In this document: positions 1 through 12,234 of the stretch, in pieces
How the letters are laid out: every line of letters begins with the position of its first letter
Numbering within the stretch: position 1 is the first letter of the stretch
From: Candidatus Wolfebacteria bacterium GW2011_GWB1_47_1
Lineage (GTDB): Bacteria; Patescibacteriota; Minisyncoccia; UBA6257; UBA9933
Length of the DNA: 64,000 nucleotides
Assembly: GCA_001029635.1 (NCBI GenBank)
Contig: CP011209.1
Span: 811,969 to 875,968 of the forward strand
Direction: 5' to 3'
Notes under the pieces: generated by a model
Told to the model about the DNA's origin: nothing
The model's input: the letters and a program-made list of their open reading frames with translations, nothing else
Database searches by the model: none
Translations under genes and position numbers: made by a program

Positions 1-670
1 TGTTCTTTGCATTGACTGATCCTCCGTACAGCACCCGAACCCCCGAAAGTTTATAATTCGCTTCTATAACCTCTTTTATGTATGCGATCACCTCCACCGC
101 CTGTTCCGGCGTTGCTGCTTTACCCGTTCCGATCGCCCAGATCGGCTCATATGCAAAGATCACTCGCTTATTCGTGACAACCTTGTCGGAGGTAAGGTTC
201 TTCATGGCACCTATAACCTGCTTTTTTATATGTTGCCGTATCGCGGCCTTGCCCTTGTTTCTGATCGTCAACGATTCCCCTACGCAAATGATCGGGGCCA
301 TAATCCCCGCGCCAAGTACCGCCTTCGCCTTTGCGTTGACCATTTCGTCGGTCTCGCCAAAATACGTCCTTCGCTCGCTATGCCCCACGATCACATAATC
401 GATGCCAAAATTCTTTCCCATCTCTGCCGACAGTTCCCCTGTTAATGCACCCTCGTGCTCCCATGAGCAGTTTTGCAATGCAAGACTGATATCTGCCTTG
501 AGTTCGTAAAATACGCTTGAAATAAGCGGCAAGTACACCGCAGGCGGAGCAATTGCTATCTCGTATGTATCCAAGTCAATATCGACTCCGTCAAACGCCA
601 TCAGAACTCCTTCGACGTCCTTTAGCTTGTTTGGGTGCATTTTCCAATTAAATGCGATCAGTTTTTTCAT
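1..670 (-). CDS. tpiA: Triosephosphate isomerase. The C-terminus is truncated by the window edge.
   Basis: Reverse-strand translation from the ATG at 668-670 gives MKKLIAFNWKMH...VGHSERR...YEPIWAIGTG...YGGSV, which are canonical TIM motifs. It runs off the window start. Confidence 0.85.
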   Translation of the reverse strand, partial: MKKLIAFNWKMHPNKLKDVEGVLMAFDGVDIDLDTYEIAIAPPAVYLPLISSVFYELKADISLALQNCSWEHEGALTGELSAEMGKNFGIDYVIVGHSERRTYFGETDEMVNAKAKAVLGAGIMAPIICVGESLTIRNKGKAAIRQHIKKQVIGAMKNLTSDKVVTNKRVIFAYEPIWAIGTGKAATPEQAVEVIAYIKEVIEANYKLSGVRVLYGGSVNAKN

Positions 671-704
671 AGAGTAATTACGAATAATTAAAATGCTTAG
701 TATA

Positions 705-1136
705 TCATCCCAAGGCGTCGAACCCGTCCAATACCTGCTTCGACGGGAAGTATAGCGGTTCGGGCAATTCGTCCAAATCGAACCACTGCCACTCGACGAT
801 CTCGTCGGGCTCTCGTACTTCCGCTTCACCAGTAAACGTTTCACACAGGTAGCCGAGCGTTACAAAATGGGCATTTTCGACAATATTATTTGTCGTACTA
901 ATATGGCGCAAACATGAACGATCAATCTCAATACCGGTCTCTTCCAACACCTCCCGATACGCGCCATCTTCGAAGGTTTCCTGATAATGTAGTTTTCCTC
1001 CCGGCATCGTCCACTTGCCCGCCCCCTCTAATTCGCTATCCGCTTTTTCAGGATCGTCGTGGCGCTTACCTAAAAGAACCTTGCCGTCCTTTAGAAGCAA
1101 TACACCAAAACCAACCCCTGGTTTTTTGGTTTCCAT
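705..1136 (-). CDS. NUDIX hydrolase
   Basis: 143 aa ORF carrying the Nudix box GGKLHYQETFEDGAYREVLEETGIEI (GX5EX7REVXEEXGI). Confidence 0.8.
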   Translation of the reverse strand: METKKPGVGFGVLLLKDGKVLLGKRHDDPEKADSELEGAGKWTMPGGKLHYQETFEDGAYREVLEETGIEIDRSCLRHISTTNNIVENAHFVTLGYLCETFTGEAEVREPDEIVEWQWFDLDELPEPLYFPSKQVLDGFDALG

Positions 1137-1207
1137 ACCTTGAAATTATACCGTAAAAACAAAAAAATTGCCCGCCGAAACGGGCAATTTACTAGCGGTC
1201 TGTGTTA

Positions 1208-1432
1208 TTACTTCTTCGTAAAACCGAGCAGACCCATGAGCGCGATACACGGCGCACCCAATACAATAAGCCCTGCAAAGCCCATCGCAGGCAGCATCGT
1301 CATCTCATGTGTCACCATAAGTTTCATAGCGACACCCCTAATATACTCGGCTCCTGTCGTGGCCTCGTGAACTACGAGTCCGAAATACGCGAGCGCCATC
1401 ACTACCCCAAATAATCTTATTACAGCGCTCAT
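1208..1432 (-). CDS. Small hypothetical membrane protein
   Basis: 74 aa ORF with two hydrophobic segments. No recognisable family. Confidence 0.35.
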   Translation of the reverse strand: MSAVIRLFGVVMALAYFGLVVHEATTGAEYIRGVAMKLMVTHEMTMLPAMGFAGLIVLGAPCIALMGLLGFTKK

Positions 1433-1524
1433 AGGCGCCTCCTTTTATGCGTGGCATAATATGCTATTTTAGTTAAAGCATATCTATTACATTGTGTCAA
1501 TTTTTTCAAAAAGTGCTGCTTTTT

Positions 1525-1850
1525 ATCTGCGAGCTGTAAAGAAGCGATCAGAATGAACGCAAAAAATTCCCACAGAATCCGAGGTGCGGGGACCCGTTAA
1601 AAAACGGGCGCACCCTCGGACTCGTAAGGAATTTTTAAGGCCATTCCGCTTTTTTAGTTTGCTCGCAAGCTTTTTGGTACTTTTTCTGGAAAAAGTACAG
1701 GAGGCTAGATTCAGTCCGCTTCGCAGGAAAATGGATGCTCTGCGGACACTCTGGCGCGCTACACACTCGCTCCGCTCGTTAGCAACGCCAAGTTGCGCCC
1801 TTCGCGGGAATGACACCCCAAGGGTGTCACCACTCCTCGATCATTAGCAT
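1525..1850. repeat. MITE-like interspersed repeat, family A, copy 1. It is rearranged: the 3' module is inverted and placed before the 5' module.
   Basis: It starts with tctgcgagctgtaaa, the reverse complement of the family 3' end tttacagctcgcaga. It contains the gtactttttctggaaaaagtac hairpin and the ttagcaacgccaag core shared with the copies at 11021, 15950 and 34665. Confidence 0.6.
1796..1832. repeat. REP-like palindromic element, family R
   Basis: cgcccttcgcgggaatgacacc followed by the hairpin gacaccccaagggtgtc. Same family as 24228, 37541 and 55636. Confidence 0.5.
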
Positions 1851-3965
1851 TTTACCATCGTTGCCGGGCAGATTGTCATACACCGTTTCGGTAACGAACG
1901 GCATAAACGGATGCAGGAACTTCAATGATCCCCGCAAAATCGTGTTGAGCACATGCTGCGCTGCATGCCTATCACTCTCATTTTCACTCTTTAGACGTTC
2001 CTTATTTTCTTCAATGATGACATCAGCAAAGGTATGCCAGAAATAATGATATGCGTTCTCTGCGGCCAAGTGGATCATGAACTTATCGAGCAGGTTCGTT
2101 ATGTTTTCCTTCATGTCAGAAAACTCCTTCAATACTTCTTTGTCCCGCTCGGTCAACTGTGGCTCGCGAGTATCGTCGAATCCTTCAGAATTCATCAATA
2201 CGAATCGAGTCGCCTGCCAAATCTTGTTGGCAAAATTGCGATACCCTTTCACTTTGCTTTCGGAGAATGATGTATCATTGCCCGGCGTATTGCCGACGAC
2301 AAGTGCCATGCGCAATGCATCGGTGCCAAACTTTTCAATAATGTCGATTGGGTTCACTACATTCCCCTTACTCTTACTCATCTTTTTCCCCTTCTCATCG
2401 TTCACCAATCCATGTAGATACACCGTCTTAAACGGTACTTCACCCGTGAGATATAGCCCGAATATCACCATGCGCGGGATCCATTTAAAAATCAGATCAT
2501 ACCCCGTCTCCATGACATCGGTCGGATAGAATTGCTTAAAATCCTTCCCGTCAGGGTAGTTCAACGTCAACAACGGCCACTGCCCCGATGAAAACCAGGT
2601 ATCAAACGTGTCAGTATCCTTGCGTAATTGCGATCCACACTTCGGGCAGATATCAATATCCTCCGCCGTGCCGAAATTACAGTCATCACAGACCTTCGCC
2701 GGAATCGGAATACCCCAGACGATCTGTCTTGATATGTTCCAGTCGATCGTATTATTCATCCAGTACAAAAATATCTTGCGATAGTTGTCGGGGATGAATT
2801 CGATGCGTCCGTCCTCGACGGCTTTTGCCGCTTTCTCTGCAAGTCCACCTTGGGCGGACATCTTCACGAACCACTGCGGTAATAAGCGCGGTTCTATGGT
2901 CGTGCCACACTTATAACAGGTCGGAACTACGTGCTTATATTCTTCGATCTTTTCGATCAGACCCATCGCCTCGAGATCCTCCACAACCTTCGTGCGCGCT
3001 TCCGCGATCTTCATGCCTGCGTATTTGCCGGTTCTCTCATTCAATTTTCCAAATTGGTCGATCACCACGACTGCCGGAAGCCCATGCTTCTGAGACATTG
3101 CAAAGTCATTATTGTCGTGGGCTGGGGTTATCTTCAATGCTCCTGTTCCAAATTCGATGTCCACCGCCTCATCGGCGATCACCTTTACCATTAACTTGCC
3201 ATTTGGGTTTTCGATCTCGATCTCCTGTCCGATGTATTGCGCATATCGCTCATCGTTCGGATTTACCGCGATCGCAACATCACCGAAGATCGTCTCCGGG
3301 CGAACAGTCGCCACCACAAATGGGCCATACTTTATATAGTACAGCTTGTCGATTTTTTCCACAGATTCCGTCTCCACATCAGACAATGACGTCTGATGCT
3401 TCGTACACCAATTAACCGTTCTTGATCCCCGATAGACGAGTTTGTCATCGAACATCTTCTTAAAGGTCTTTTGCACTTCCACTACGATATCTGGATCAAG
3501 TGTAAACCGTTCGCGCGACCAATCGCACGATGCGCCCACACGTTTCACCTCCTCTTCCATATACTTCTTATTCTCGAGCGTAAACGCCATGATTTCATCA
3601 TAGAGCTCCTTTGGATCCATTTTAAAGCGTGAACGGCCCTCCTTTTCGAGCTTCTTTTCATATACGATCTGCGTTTCAAACCCGGCATGGTCAGCTCCCG
3701 GCACCCATAATGCCCGGTACCCCTGCATGCGCTTATAGCGGGTCATGATATCTTCCAGCGTGATAAACACGGCATGCCCCGCATGCAAGTGCCCATTCGC
3801 ATTGGGAGGTGGCATGATGATCGTAAATGGCCCCTTGTCATGCCGACTCGGCAAATTATCCGGATTGAAATATCCGGATTCTTCCCATTGCCTATATATA
3901 TCCTGTTCAAATTCCTTCGCCTCGTATGGCTTATTAAAAATTTCGTTCATATAATTAACCAACAA
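1827..3965 (-). CDS. valS: Valyl-tRNA synthetase. Short form with no C-terminal coiled-coil region.
   Basis: HIGH motif PPPNANGHLHAGHA and KMSKS motif GKKMSKSKGNVV. VPGADHAGFETQ, CDWSRERFTLD, GTDALRMALV and NKIWQATRFVLMN match ValRS signatures. 712 aa. Confidence 0.85.
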   Translation of the reverse strand: MLVNYMNEIFNKPYEAKEFEQDIYRQWEESGYFNPDNLPSRHDKGPFTIIMPPPNANGHLHAGHAVFITLEDIMTRYKRMQGYRALWVPGADHAGFETQIVYEKKLEKEGRSRFKMDPKELYDEIMAFTLENKKYMEEEVKRVGASCDWSRERFTLDPDIVVEVQKTFKKMFDDKLVYRGSRTVNWCTKHQTSLSDVETESVEKIDKLYYIKYGPFVVATVRPETIFGDVAIAVNPNDERYAQYIGQEIEIENPNGKLMVKVIADEAVDIEFGTGALKITPAHDNNDFAMSQKHGLPAVVVIDQFGKLNERTGKYAGMKIAEARTKVVEDLEAMGLIEKIEEYKHVVPTCYKCGTTIEPRLLPQWFVKMSAQGGLAEKAAKAVEDGRIEFIPDNYRKIFLYWMNNTIDWNISRQIVWGIPIPAKVCDDCNFGTAEDIDICPKCGSQLRKDTDTFDTWFSSGQWPLLTLNYPDGKDFKQFYPTDVMETGYDLIFKWIPRMVIFGLYLTGEVPFKTVYLHGLVNDEKGKKMSKSKGNVVNPIDIIEKFGTDALRMALVVGNTPGNDTSFSESKVKGYRNFANKIWQATRFVLMNSEGFDDTREPQLTERDKEVLKEFSDMKENITNLLDKFMIHLAAENAYHYFWHTFADVIIEENKERLKSENESDRHAAQHVLNTILRGSLKFLHPFMPFVTETVYDNLPGNDGKMLMIEEW

Positions 3966-3992
3966 TCTACTCCCTACAACTTGTAGGTTGTT

Positions 3993-5036
3993 TTACTTTA
4001 TCGAGTCCACATACAACCTCGTCTTGCTCGTATCAACTCTGTCTATTGGCACCGTCTTTGGGAATAGTATCTTGAATATTCGCTCTTCCGCGCCCCGTAG
4101 ATTATCCAACTCCGTTTTCGATCCGCCAACTTGTATACCCATCGCATCATAGAGCAATCCTGTGATCACTACCTTCGAGGCATCGCTAATGTCATCGTTC
4201 TTTATATTCCCATTGATCGAAACCGAACCATCCGGGCTAATGATTGCCTTAGTCACCCGTTCGATATCTGCATTTACATTAGTCCTTGTCTCTGCATCAA
4301 AGATGCCACTTTCGGGCGATATATTATTCGCCTTCTGATACGCCGTCAACGCAATCTTTGTATCCAAATCGAATGTCTCGTCACTCAACTTCATGAAGAA
4401 TTGTTTTTTGTACAGGAACTCTTCCAGCTTCTGCACATCCTCTCCGGTCGCCTTCATCGCAAGGTCCTTTGTAAATACATACAGCGGTTCAGTCACTATT
4501 CTTACGCCTACAACATCCGTTGAAGACCGTTTGATATTAACCCGTGGCTCGATAAAATCTTCCCTCGCAACCACCTCCGGAGCAGAAAATGTCATTACAA
4601 GATCATCAATCTCTTCAATTCCTGCGTCAATCGTGGCAACAACATATCGCCCGATCTTTGACGACCGATCGTAGAGAAATATGTGATCACTTGACGCTTT
4701 AATCGTCATTCCATTTTTGTCCGTTGCCGTGATCGTATAGGTTACATCCTTAAACCCAAATTCCCGATTTGGGTTTTCAAGATATGCAACAACCACCGTT
4801 CGCGTATCTCCTGCTGCAAACCTTGCGATAGAATCAACCCCTATGTCCTGTGCATACTTTTGGCCGCAGGGGGCACATCCGCCGCCACAATCGATGCCTG
4901 TTTCTGTTCCATTCTGCCTCGCGTCAAAGCATGTTGGCATTGATCTAAACAGTAATACATATCCGCTAAATATAATCGCTCCCCAAAATGCCAAAAATCC
5001 CACCCCGTATGTGAATCGTTTTAGTCCTCTACTCAT
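3993..5036 (-). CDS. Hypothetical membrane-anchored protein
   Basis: 347 aa ORF with an N-terminal TM helix and a CGGGCAPCG motif. No family recognised. Confidence 0.55.
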   Translation of the reverse strand: MSRGLKRFTYGVGFLAFWGAIIFSGYVLLFRSMPTCFDARQNGTETGIDCGGGCAPCGQKYAQDIGVDSIARFAAGDTRTVVVAYLENPNREFGFKDVTYTITATDKNGMTIKASSDHIFLYDRSSKIGRYVVATIDAGIEEIDDLVMTFSAPEVVAREDFIEPRVNIKRSSTDVVGVRIVTEPLYVFTKDLAMKATGEDVQKLEEFLYKKQFFMKLSDETFDLDTKIALTAYQKANNISPESGIFDAETRTNVNADIERVTKAIISPDGSVSINGNIKNDDISDASKVVITGLLYDAMGIQVGGSKTELDNLRGAEERIFKILFPKTVPIDRVDTSKTRLYVDSIK

Positions 5037-5169
5037 TACATTTCAGTATACCCTGAAATTTCTTTATCACAAAATCTATTGACTTTTCTATAAAAAATGG
5101 CATAATTTATTCAGTAATTTTTATCTCATTTTAGTGCTTCTTACTTATCAGCAAGAAAAGGAGACTCAC

Positions 5170-5730
5170 GTGAAGATCAAACGAAGCGGGTTTGTATATC
5201 GTTGTGCTTACGGACTCATGGATAAAGACGCGCGCCCCAGCACGGTCAATCTCTGCCCGCTCTTCTGGAAATTCGTTTTTATGTTCTTGCTTGGATGGTG
5301 GTTTTTCTTCCTTAGCTACATGATCGGATGTGTCATAATCGTCATAATCTACGTTTTTGGCTTTTTCTTCGCTGCGCGTCCCACAATATTTAAAGGCGAA
5401 GAGAATATCCTATTCCCAATGATGCATTATACAACGTGGCCCACAACGCCGAACGGCAAGCGCATCTGGCCGATCTGGTTCGTCCTCGGCGGACTTGCAA
5501 TCTGGCTTGCCTACGCAAAGAGAAGCGTTGCCACCTCTGCTGTCATCGACTTGGCAGCATCGCTCGCCGCACCCACCGCCTTCTGGAATGGTTTCGGTAT
5601 GACCGCAACCTGCTTCATTCTTTTCTCTCTTGGATATAAATTTTTAAAATCCGAATCCTGGCTACTGTTCAGATTCTGGTGCCGAGCGAAGAAAGAGAAG
5701 GTCTGCCCAATCATTGAAGTCGTCGACTGA
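5170..5730 (+). CDS. Hypothetical integral membrane protein
   Basis: A GTG start lies 7 nt after AGGAG (aaaggagactcacGTG). Multiple hydrophobic helices. The six-frame ORF 5134-5730 is trimmed to this start. Confidence 0.55.
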   Translation: MKIKRSGFVYRCAYGLMDKDARPSTVNLCPLFWKFVFMFLLGWWFFFLSYMIGCVIIVIIYVFGFFFAARPTIFKGEENILFPMMHYTTWPTTPNGKRIWPIWFVLGGLAIWLAYAKRSVATSAVIDLAASLAAPTAFWNGFGMTATCFILFSLGYKFLKSESWLLFRFWCRAKKEKVCPIIEVVD

Positions 5731-5778
5731 CGACACCCATGCGCCCCATCCGGGGCGCATTTTTCGTCTTTCTTATTT

Positions 5779-5803
5779 ATGTACGTCATCGGATGACGTA
5801 CAT
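5779..5803. promoter_or_regulatory. Perfect 25 bp palindrome ATGTACGTCAT-CGG-ATGACGTACAT, copy 1 of 3
   Basis: Exact inverted repeat with 11 bp arms. The same element occurs at 6576-6600 and 35791-35815. It lies 10-15 nt past the minus-strand terminator hairpin at 5825-5843. Confidence 0.6.
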
Positions 5804-5812
5804 ATTATTTTA

Positions 5813-5848
5813 TCAACAAAAAAAGGACCGCATCATGCGGTCCTAAAG
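5813..5848 (-). terminator. Rho-independent terminator for the DUF218 gene
   Basis: Hairpin ggaccgcatcatgcggtcc followed on the minus strand by a T-run. Confidence 0.6.
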
Positions 5849-5850
5849 GA

Positions 5851-6501
5851 TCAGGCTATACAATACAGTTTGACAGTTTGTACTGCTGAGCGTATATGCG
5901 GAGGTATCTCTACTGTCTCAATATCACCTTTTTCCGCATACTGATCCAATCGGTCAACCTCTGCCACAATTCGCATGAGGCGATCCCAAGAAAACCACTC
6001 GTCCTCCCGCATCTTAAATGCGCTTCCGTGCACGACGGTATTAGGGCATTGCTTTCGCAATGTAGCGCACGACCTGCGCAGGAGTAGCGGAATTGAGCAT
6101 GCGATGATCGTTTTTGGATCAATTCCCGCCGCTTTCCAAACCTCCATCCCTTTCTGCACATTCTCTAGGGAATTAGTTGATGTCTTCTCGAGAAGTATCG
6201 CTTCTTTAGGTATGCCACGCCCAATCATCAGTGCGGCATAGAAATCTGCCTCCGTTTCATACTCTCTCGGAATCCCACTTCCTCCCTTGCCCGCAATGAT
6301 GATGTGCCGTGCCTTGCCCATCTGCCACAGATACGCTGCTTGTTGTGCGACTCGCTGATCATAGTGGCCGAACACAACGATAATATCGGCATCCGGCAAC
6401 TCTTCGAATCGAGTATGCTCTGTGAAAAATTCCAGCAATTTCTTTGTCGCCGATTCCACCTGCATATTCATGGTGCATACCCCCTTCTTCTTTTTCCTCA
6501 T
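5851..6501 (-). CDS. YdcF/DUF218-family protein
   Basis: 216 aa with the DUF218-like pattern IIVVFGHYDQR...IIIAGKGG...EADFYAALMIGRGIPKEAILLEKTSTNSLEN. Confidence 0.55.
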   Translation of the reverse strand: MRKKKKGVCTMNMQVESATKKLLEFFTEHTRFEELPDADIIVVFGHYDQRVAQQAAYLWQMGKARHIIIAGKGGSGIPREYETEADFYAALMIGRGIPKEAILLEKTSTNSLENVQKGMEVWKAAGIDPKTIIACSIPLLLRRSCATLRKQCPNTVVHGSAFKMREDEWFSWDRLMRIVAEVDRLDQYAEKGDIETVEIPPHIRSAVQTVKLYCIA

Positions 6502-6575
6502 TTAAATTTCTGCCTTTGTCATACCATATCCTTGCCTATAAATCAAAATTTCCCGCGAGACTCAAGCTGCGCGAT

Positions 6576-6600
6576 ATGTACGTCATCGAATGACGTACAT
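6576..6600. promoter_or_regulatory. Perfect 25 bp palindrome ATGTACGTCAT-CGA-ATGACGTACAT, copy 2
   Basis: Same 11 bp arms as 5779-5803. It sits between the start of the DUF218 gene and the terminator of the next minus-strand gene. Confidence 0.6.
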
Positions 6601-6606
6601 ATTTTG

Positions 6607-6640
6607 CAACAAAAAGGAGCCGCGCTTGCGCGGCCCTTGC
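6607..6640 (-). terminator. Rho-independent terminator for gene 6650-7279
   Basis: Hairpin ggagccgcgcttgcgcggccc with a T-run on the minus strand. Confidence 0.55.
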
Positions 6641-6649
6641 GAGTTCTCC

Positions 6650-7279
6650 TTACCCGTTGTTGCTCCAGAAGGCGGAGCTTTTCTGCGGATCGATGAAGTC
6701 GAATTCCGGGAGGAGTGTCCCATCGGGGCGGGCGATCAGCATGTAGAAGTTGACGATCTCCTCCGTCATACAGGAAAGCATTCCTCCTGACTCCAGTAGC
6801 TTCGCGTTTTTTGCGAACACCCGACTTATACCGACCGCTTTACAGAGGTTATTAATGCTTTCGATGAACTTCTGTCGCTCGGACCCGCCACAGCTATTAA
6901 TCTGGGGAAAGCTTCGTCCGCTCGGATCGCCGTCAAACACCAGAAACCGCGCACGAAATTCGTGCACTTTAATCGCGAGTTGACCTAAGTCGATGCCGAT
7001 CGGGCAACCCCAAAGCAAAACACCGCAGCTGCGAAGCTTGCCGGACTTGCTCGTTACTAAGGAAACATTAAGGTCGCCCTTTTCCCAAACTGAATAGACC
7101 TTGATGGTGGAGTAAAAACGAGCGACGTCCTTCAGGTACATTTCGTCGCATACCAGCATTTCGATTGCCTGCTTATTTCTCTCTATTTCAGCCTGCAGTT
7201 TGACCTCTATTGCAATCAAGCGTTTAAACTCCTCGATCATATCGCGCTCCACCATAGCATCCTCCCGTATTTTTTCCAT
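6650..7279 (-). CDS. Hypothetical protein
   Basis: 209 aa ORF with an N-terminal coiled-coil-like region. No family recognised. Confidence 0.5.
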   Translation of the reverse strand: MEKIREDAMVERDMIEEFKRLIAIEVKLQAEIERNKQAIEMLVCDEMYLKDVARFYSTIKVYSVWEKGDLNVSLVTSKSGKLRSCGVLLWGCPIGIDLGQLAIKVHEFRARFLVFDGDPSGRSFPQINSCGGSERQKFIESINNLCKAVGISRVFAKNAKLLESGGMLSCMTEEIVNFYMLIARPDGTLLPEFDFIDPQKSSAFWSNNG

Positions 7280-7351
7280 TAAACAGCTGCCCTTCTTTTA
7301 CCATTTAAAATTAATCCCGTCAAATTTCCCTTATCAGTATATAAAATCAAA

Positions 7352-7378
7352 ACACCCGCGAACGGGTGTTTTGAGTAT
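7352..7378 (-). terminator. Terminator after the 5S rRNA
   Basis: Hairpin aacacccgcgaacgggtgtt flanked by T-runs. Confidence 0.6.
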
Positions 7379-7421
7379 TGCCGATAGTCGCGGACGATTA
7401 TTGGCAATGAATTCCAGGCGA

Positions 7422-7535
7422 AGCCTACTTTCCCCACCGGCGAACCAGTTAGTATCATCGGCGCTTATCACTTTTACCTCCGAGTTCGGAATGGGATCGA
7501 GTAGATCATGATAAGCTAAATCACCAGGAAATCAT
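7422..7535 (-). rRNA. rrf: 5S ribosomal RNA
   Basis: The reverse complement contains CCGAACTCGGAGGTAAAAGTGATAAGCGCCGATGATACTAACTGG...GGAAAGTAGGCTTCGCCTGGAAT, collinear with the E. coli 5S rRNA. Confidence 0.75.
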
Positions 7536-7594
7536 TGACAACAATCGAAACGCATATACTATCACCAACCATTTTATTTTTTGGGTTACTTTGC

Positions 7595-10688
<3,094 letters not shown>

Positions 10689-11020
10689 CCCAAAAAATAA
10701 AATTGTTGATAATATTTTTTATACTATTTCTCTTGTTTGATTTCTATTCAATTATCAAGATACGGTCGGTTCTCGTAATGGAGAGTGTAAGATATTTTTC
10801 GAAAAAAATATCCGCTTTCACGGACACAACATTCGGGTCAAAGATTGAACCGTTTGTTATCCGCGTTGCCTCTTCTCTCTATTACTTAGCATGAAGATAA
10901 GTATATAGATTTATAAGTCCTTGTCAAGGGCTTTTTAATCCCTACGTAACAGCCCAAAACCCGCAGTAAAATTACCCCAATTACCTTCCCCATAGAGCCA
11001 GTAATTTATTTCAAATACTC

Positions 11021-11485
11021 CTTATTTCCGGCAGATGTCGAACTCATCTTTTTCGTACTTTTTTAATAAAGTACGGCAAAAATCGCGAGCGGAATAAAAA
11101 CGTGGGCTGAGTTCAAAAATTTCTTACAAAACGAGACATCGCCCATCTATTGATGGGACCCGGATGCCTCGTTTTTGAGGAAATTTTTATTACTCAGCTG
11201 ATCCACGTTTTTACATGCTCGCAGACTCGGATTGCGGGGGCATCTATTCATCCAGTGTACCCCTGTTCGCTGCCACAGGATGCGGGAATTTTTGCGCTCA
11301 TTCTGATCGCTTTTTTACAGCTCGCAGATTTAATAAGGCAAAAAATATCCCAGCCTAATCTTCTCTCTTGCCCTGCTTCGTCGGTGCCGTTGAATACATA
11401 CCGTCACCGACGCTCCGGCGCGTTGCACGCTCTCCCACTCTCCGAGTAAACGAATAGAGAGCGTTTCGCTAGCAACGCCTAGTTA
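11021..11485. repeat. MITE-like repeat, family A, copy 2. Composite or nested copy.
   Basis: Order of parts: the X-start hairpin gtacttttttaataaagtac, a Y-module (cgcgagcggaataaaaa...tttttacatgctcgcagac), a second partial Y end (ttttgcgctcattctgatcgcttttttacagctcgcagat), then the X-tail with cgctagcaacgcctag. Confidence 0.6.
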
Positions 11486-11486
11486 A

Positions 11487-11512
11487 AAAGGCACCCGTTT
11501 CCGGGTGCCTTA
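11487..11512 (-). terminator. Terminator for gene 11515-12129
   Basis: Hairpin ggcacccgtttccgggtgcc with a T-run on the minus strand. Confidence 0.55.
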
Positions 11513-11514
11513 GG

Positions 11515-12129
11515 CTACCATGAGTAGTGCTTTTCAATATACGCGACATCGCGCGCGATGTACGGTTGCATGAGTAGACCGATCCTGCTACACCACTCCA
11601 TTGCTCCTGCGTATACATCTACGCCCTGCTCTCCGAGAAACCGTATACTCTTCATTGCCATCTCGCGATGCGGAATGAATAGCGATCGCCCGCGTGCGAT
11701 CGCCGGATCATTCTCGATAAGCAGTTTTAGTTCCGACGTATACCCTTTTTCATCATGATCGGAGTGAAATGTATAATGCACAAATCGTTTCAGCAGCGCC
11801 CGTAATATACCTTCGGGCGTTGATCCATCGAATTTATTATGAAACACTTCCTCGCATGACTCGAGTATATCATTCAGCCGGTCTTGCCATCCGAAATCCT
11901 GGTTATATTCTTGGCCAGACCAATCATGACGCCCCGAGAAGAATGTTTTTGTTCCCGTAACATCCTCCCCTATTGCCGCGACCAATTCGCTCGATAGCCA
12001 CTCTTGTTCCGTTGGAATTTCAAACCTTCCCTCGTCGCATGCGTGCCACAGGATCAGTCGCCAAACCATGGCGGCCAACTTCATTTCCTCACACTCTTTC
12101 TTATATCGTTCCAGTGCGTTGGTCATCAC
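11515..12129 (-). CDS. Hypothetical protein
   Basis: 204 aa ORF. No confident family assignment. Confidence 0.5.
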   Translation of the reverse strand: MMTNALERYKKECEEMKLAAMVWRLILWHACDEGRFEIPTEQEWLSSELVAAIGEDVTGTKTFFSGRHDWSGQEYNQDFGWQDRLNDILESCEEVFHNKFDGSTPEGILRALLKRFVHYTFHSDHDEKGYTSELKLLIENDPAIARGRSLFIPHREMAMKSIRFLGEQGVDVYAGAMEWCSRIGLLMQPYIARDVAYIEKHYSW

Positions 12130-12234
12130 CCACTCCTCCTTTCCATCTTTTATTATTAGCTACTGTCGAAAGAATAGGTCTTGGGTATATAAATGTCAAT
12201 GAAAAAACGTACGCACAAGGAGTACGTTTTCTTC

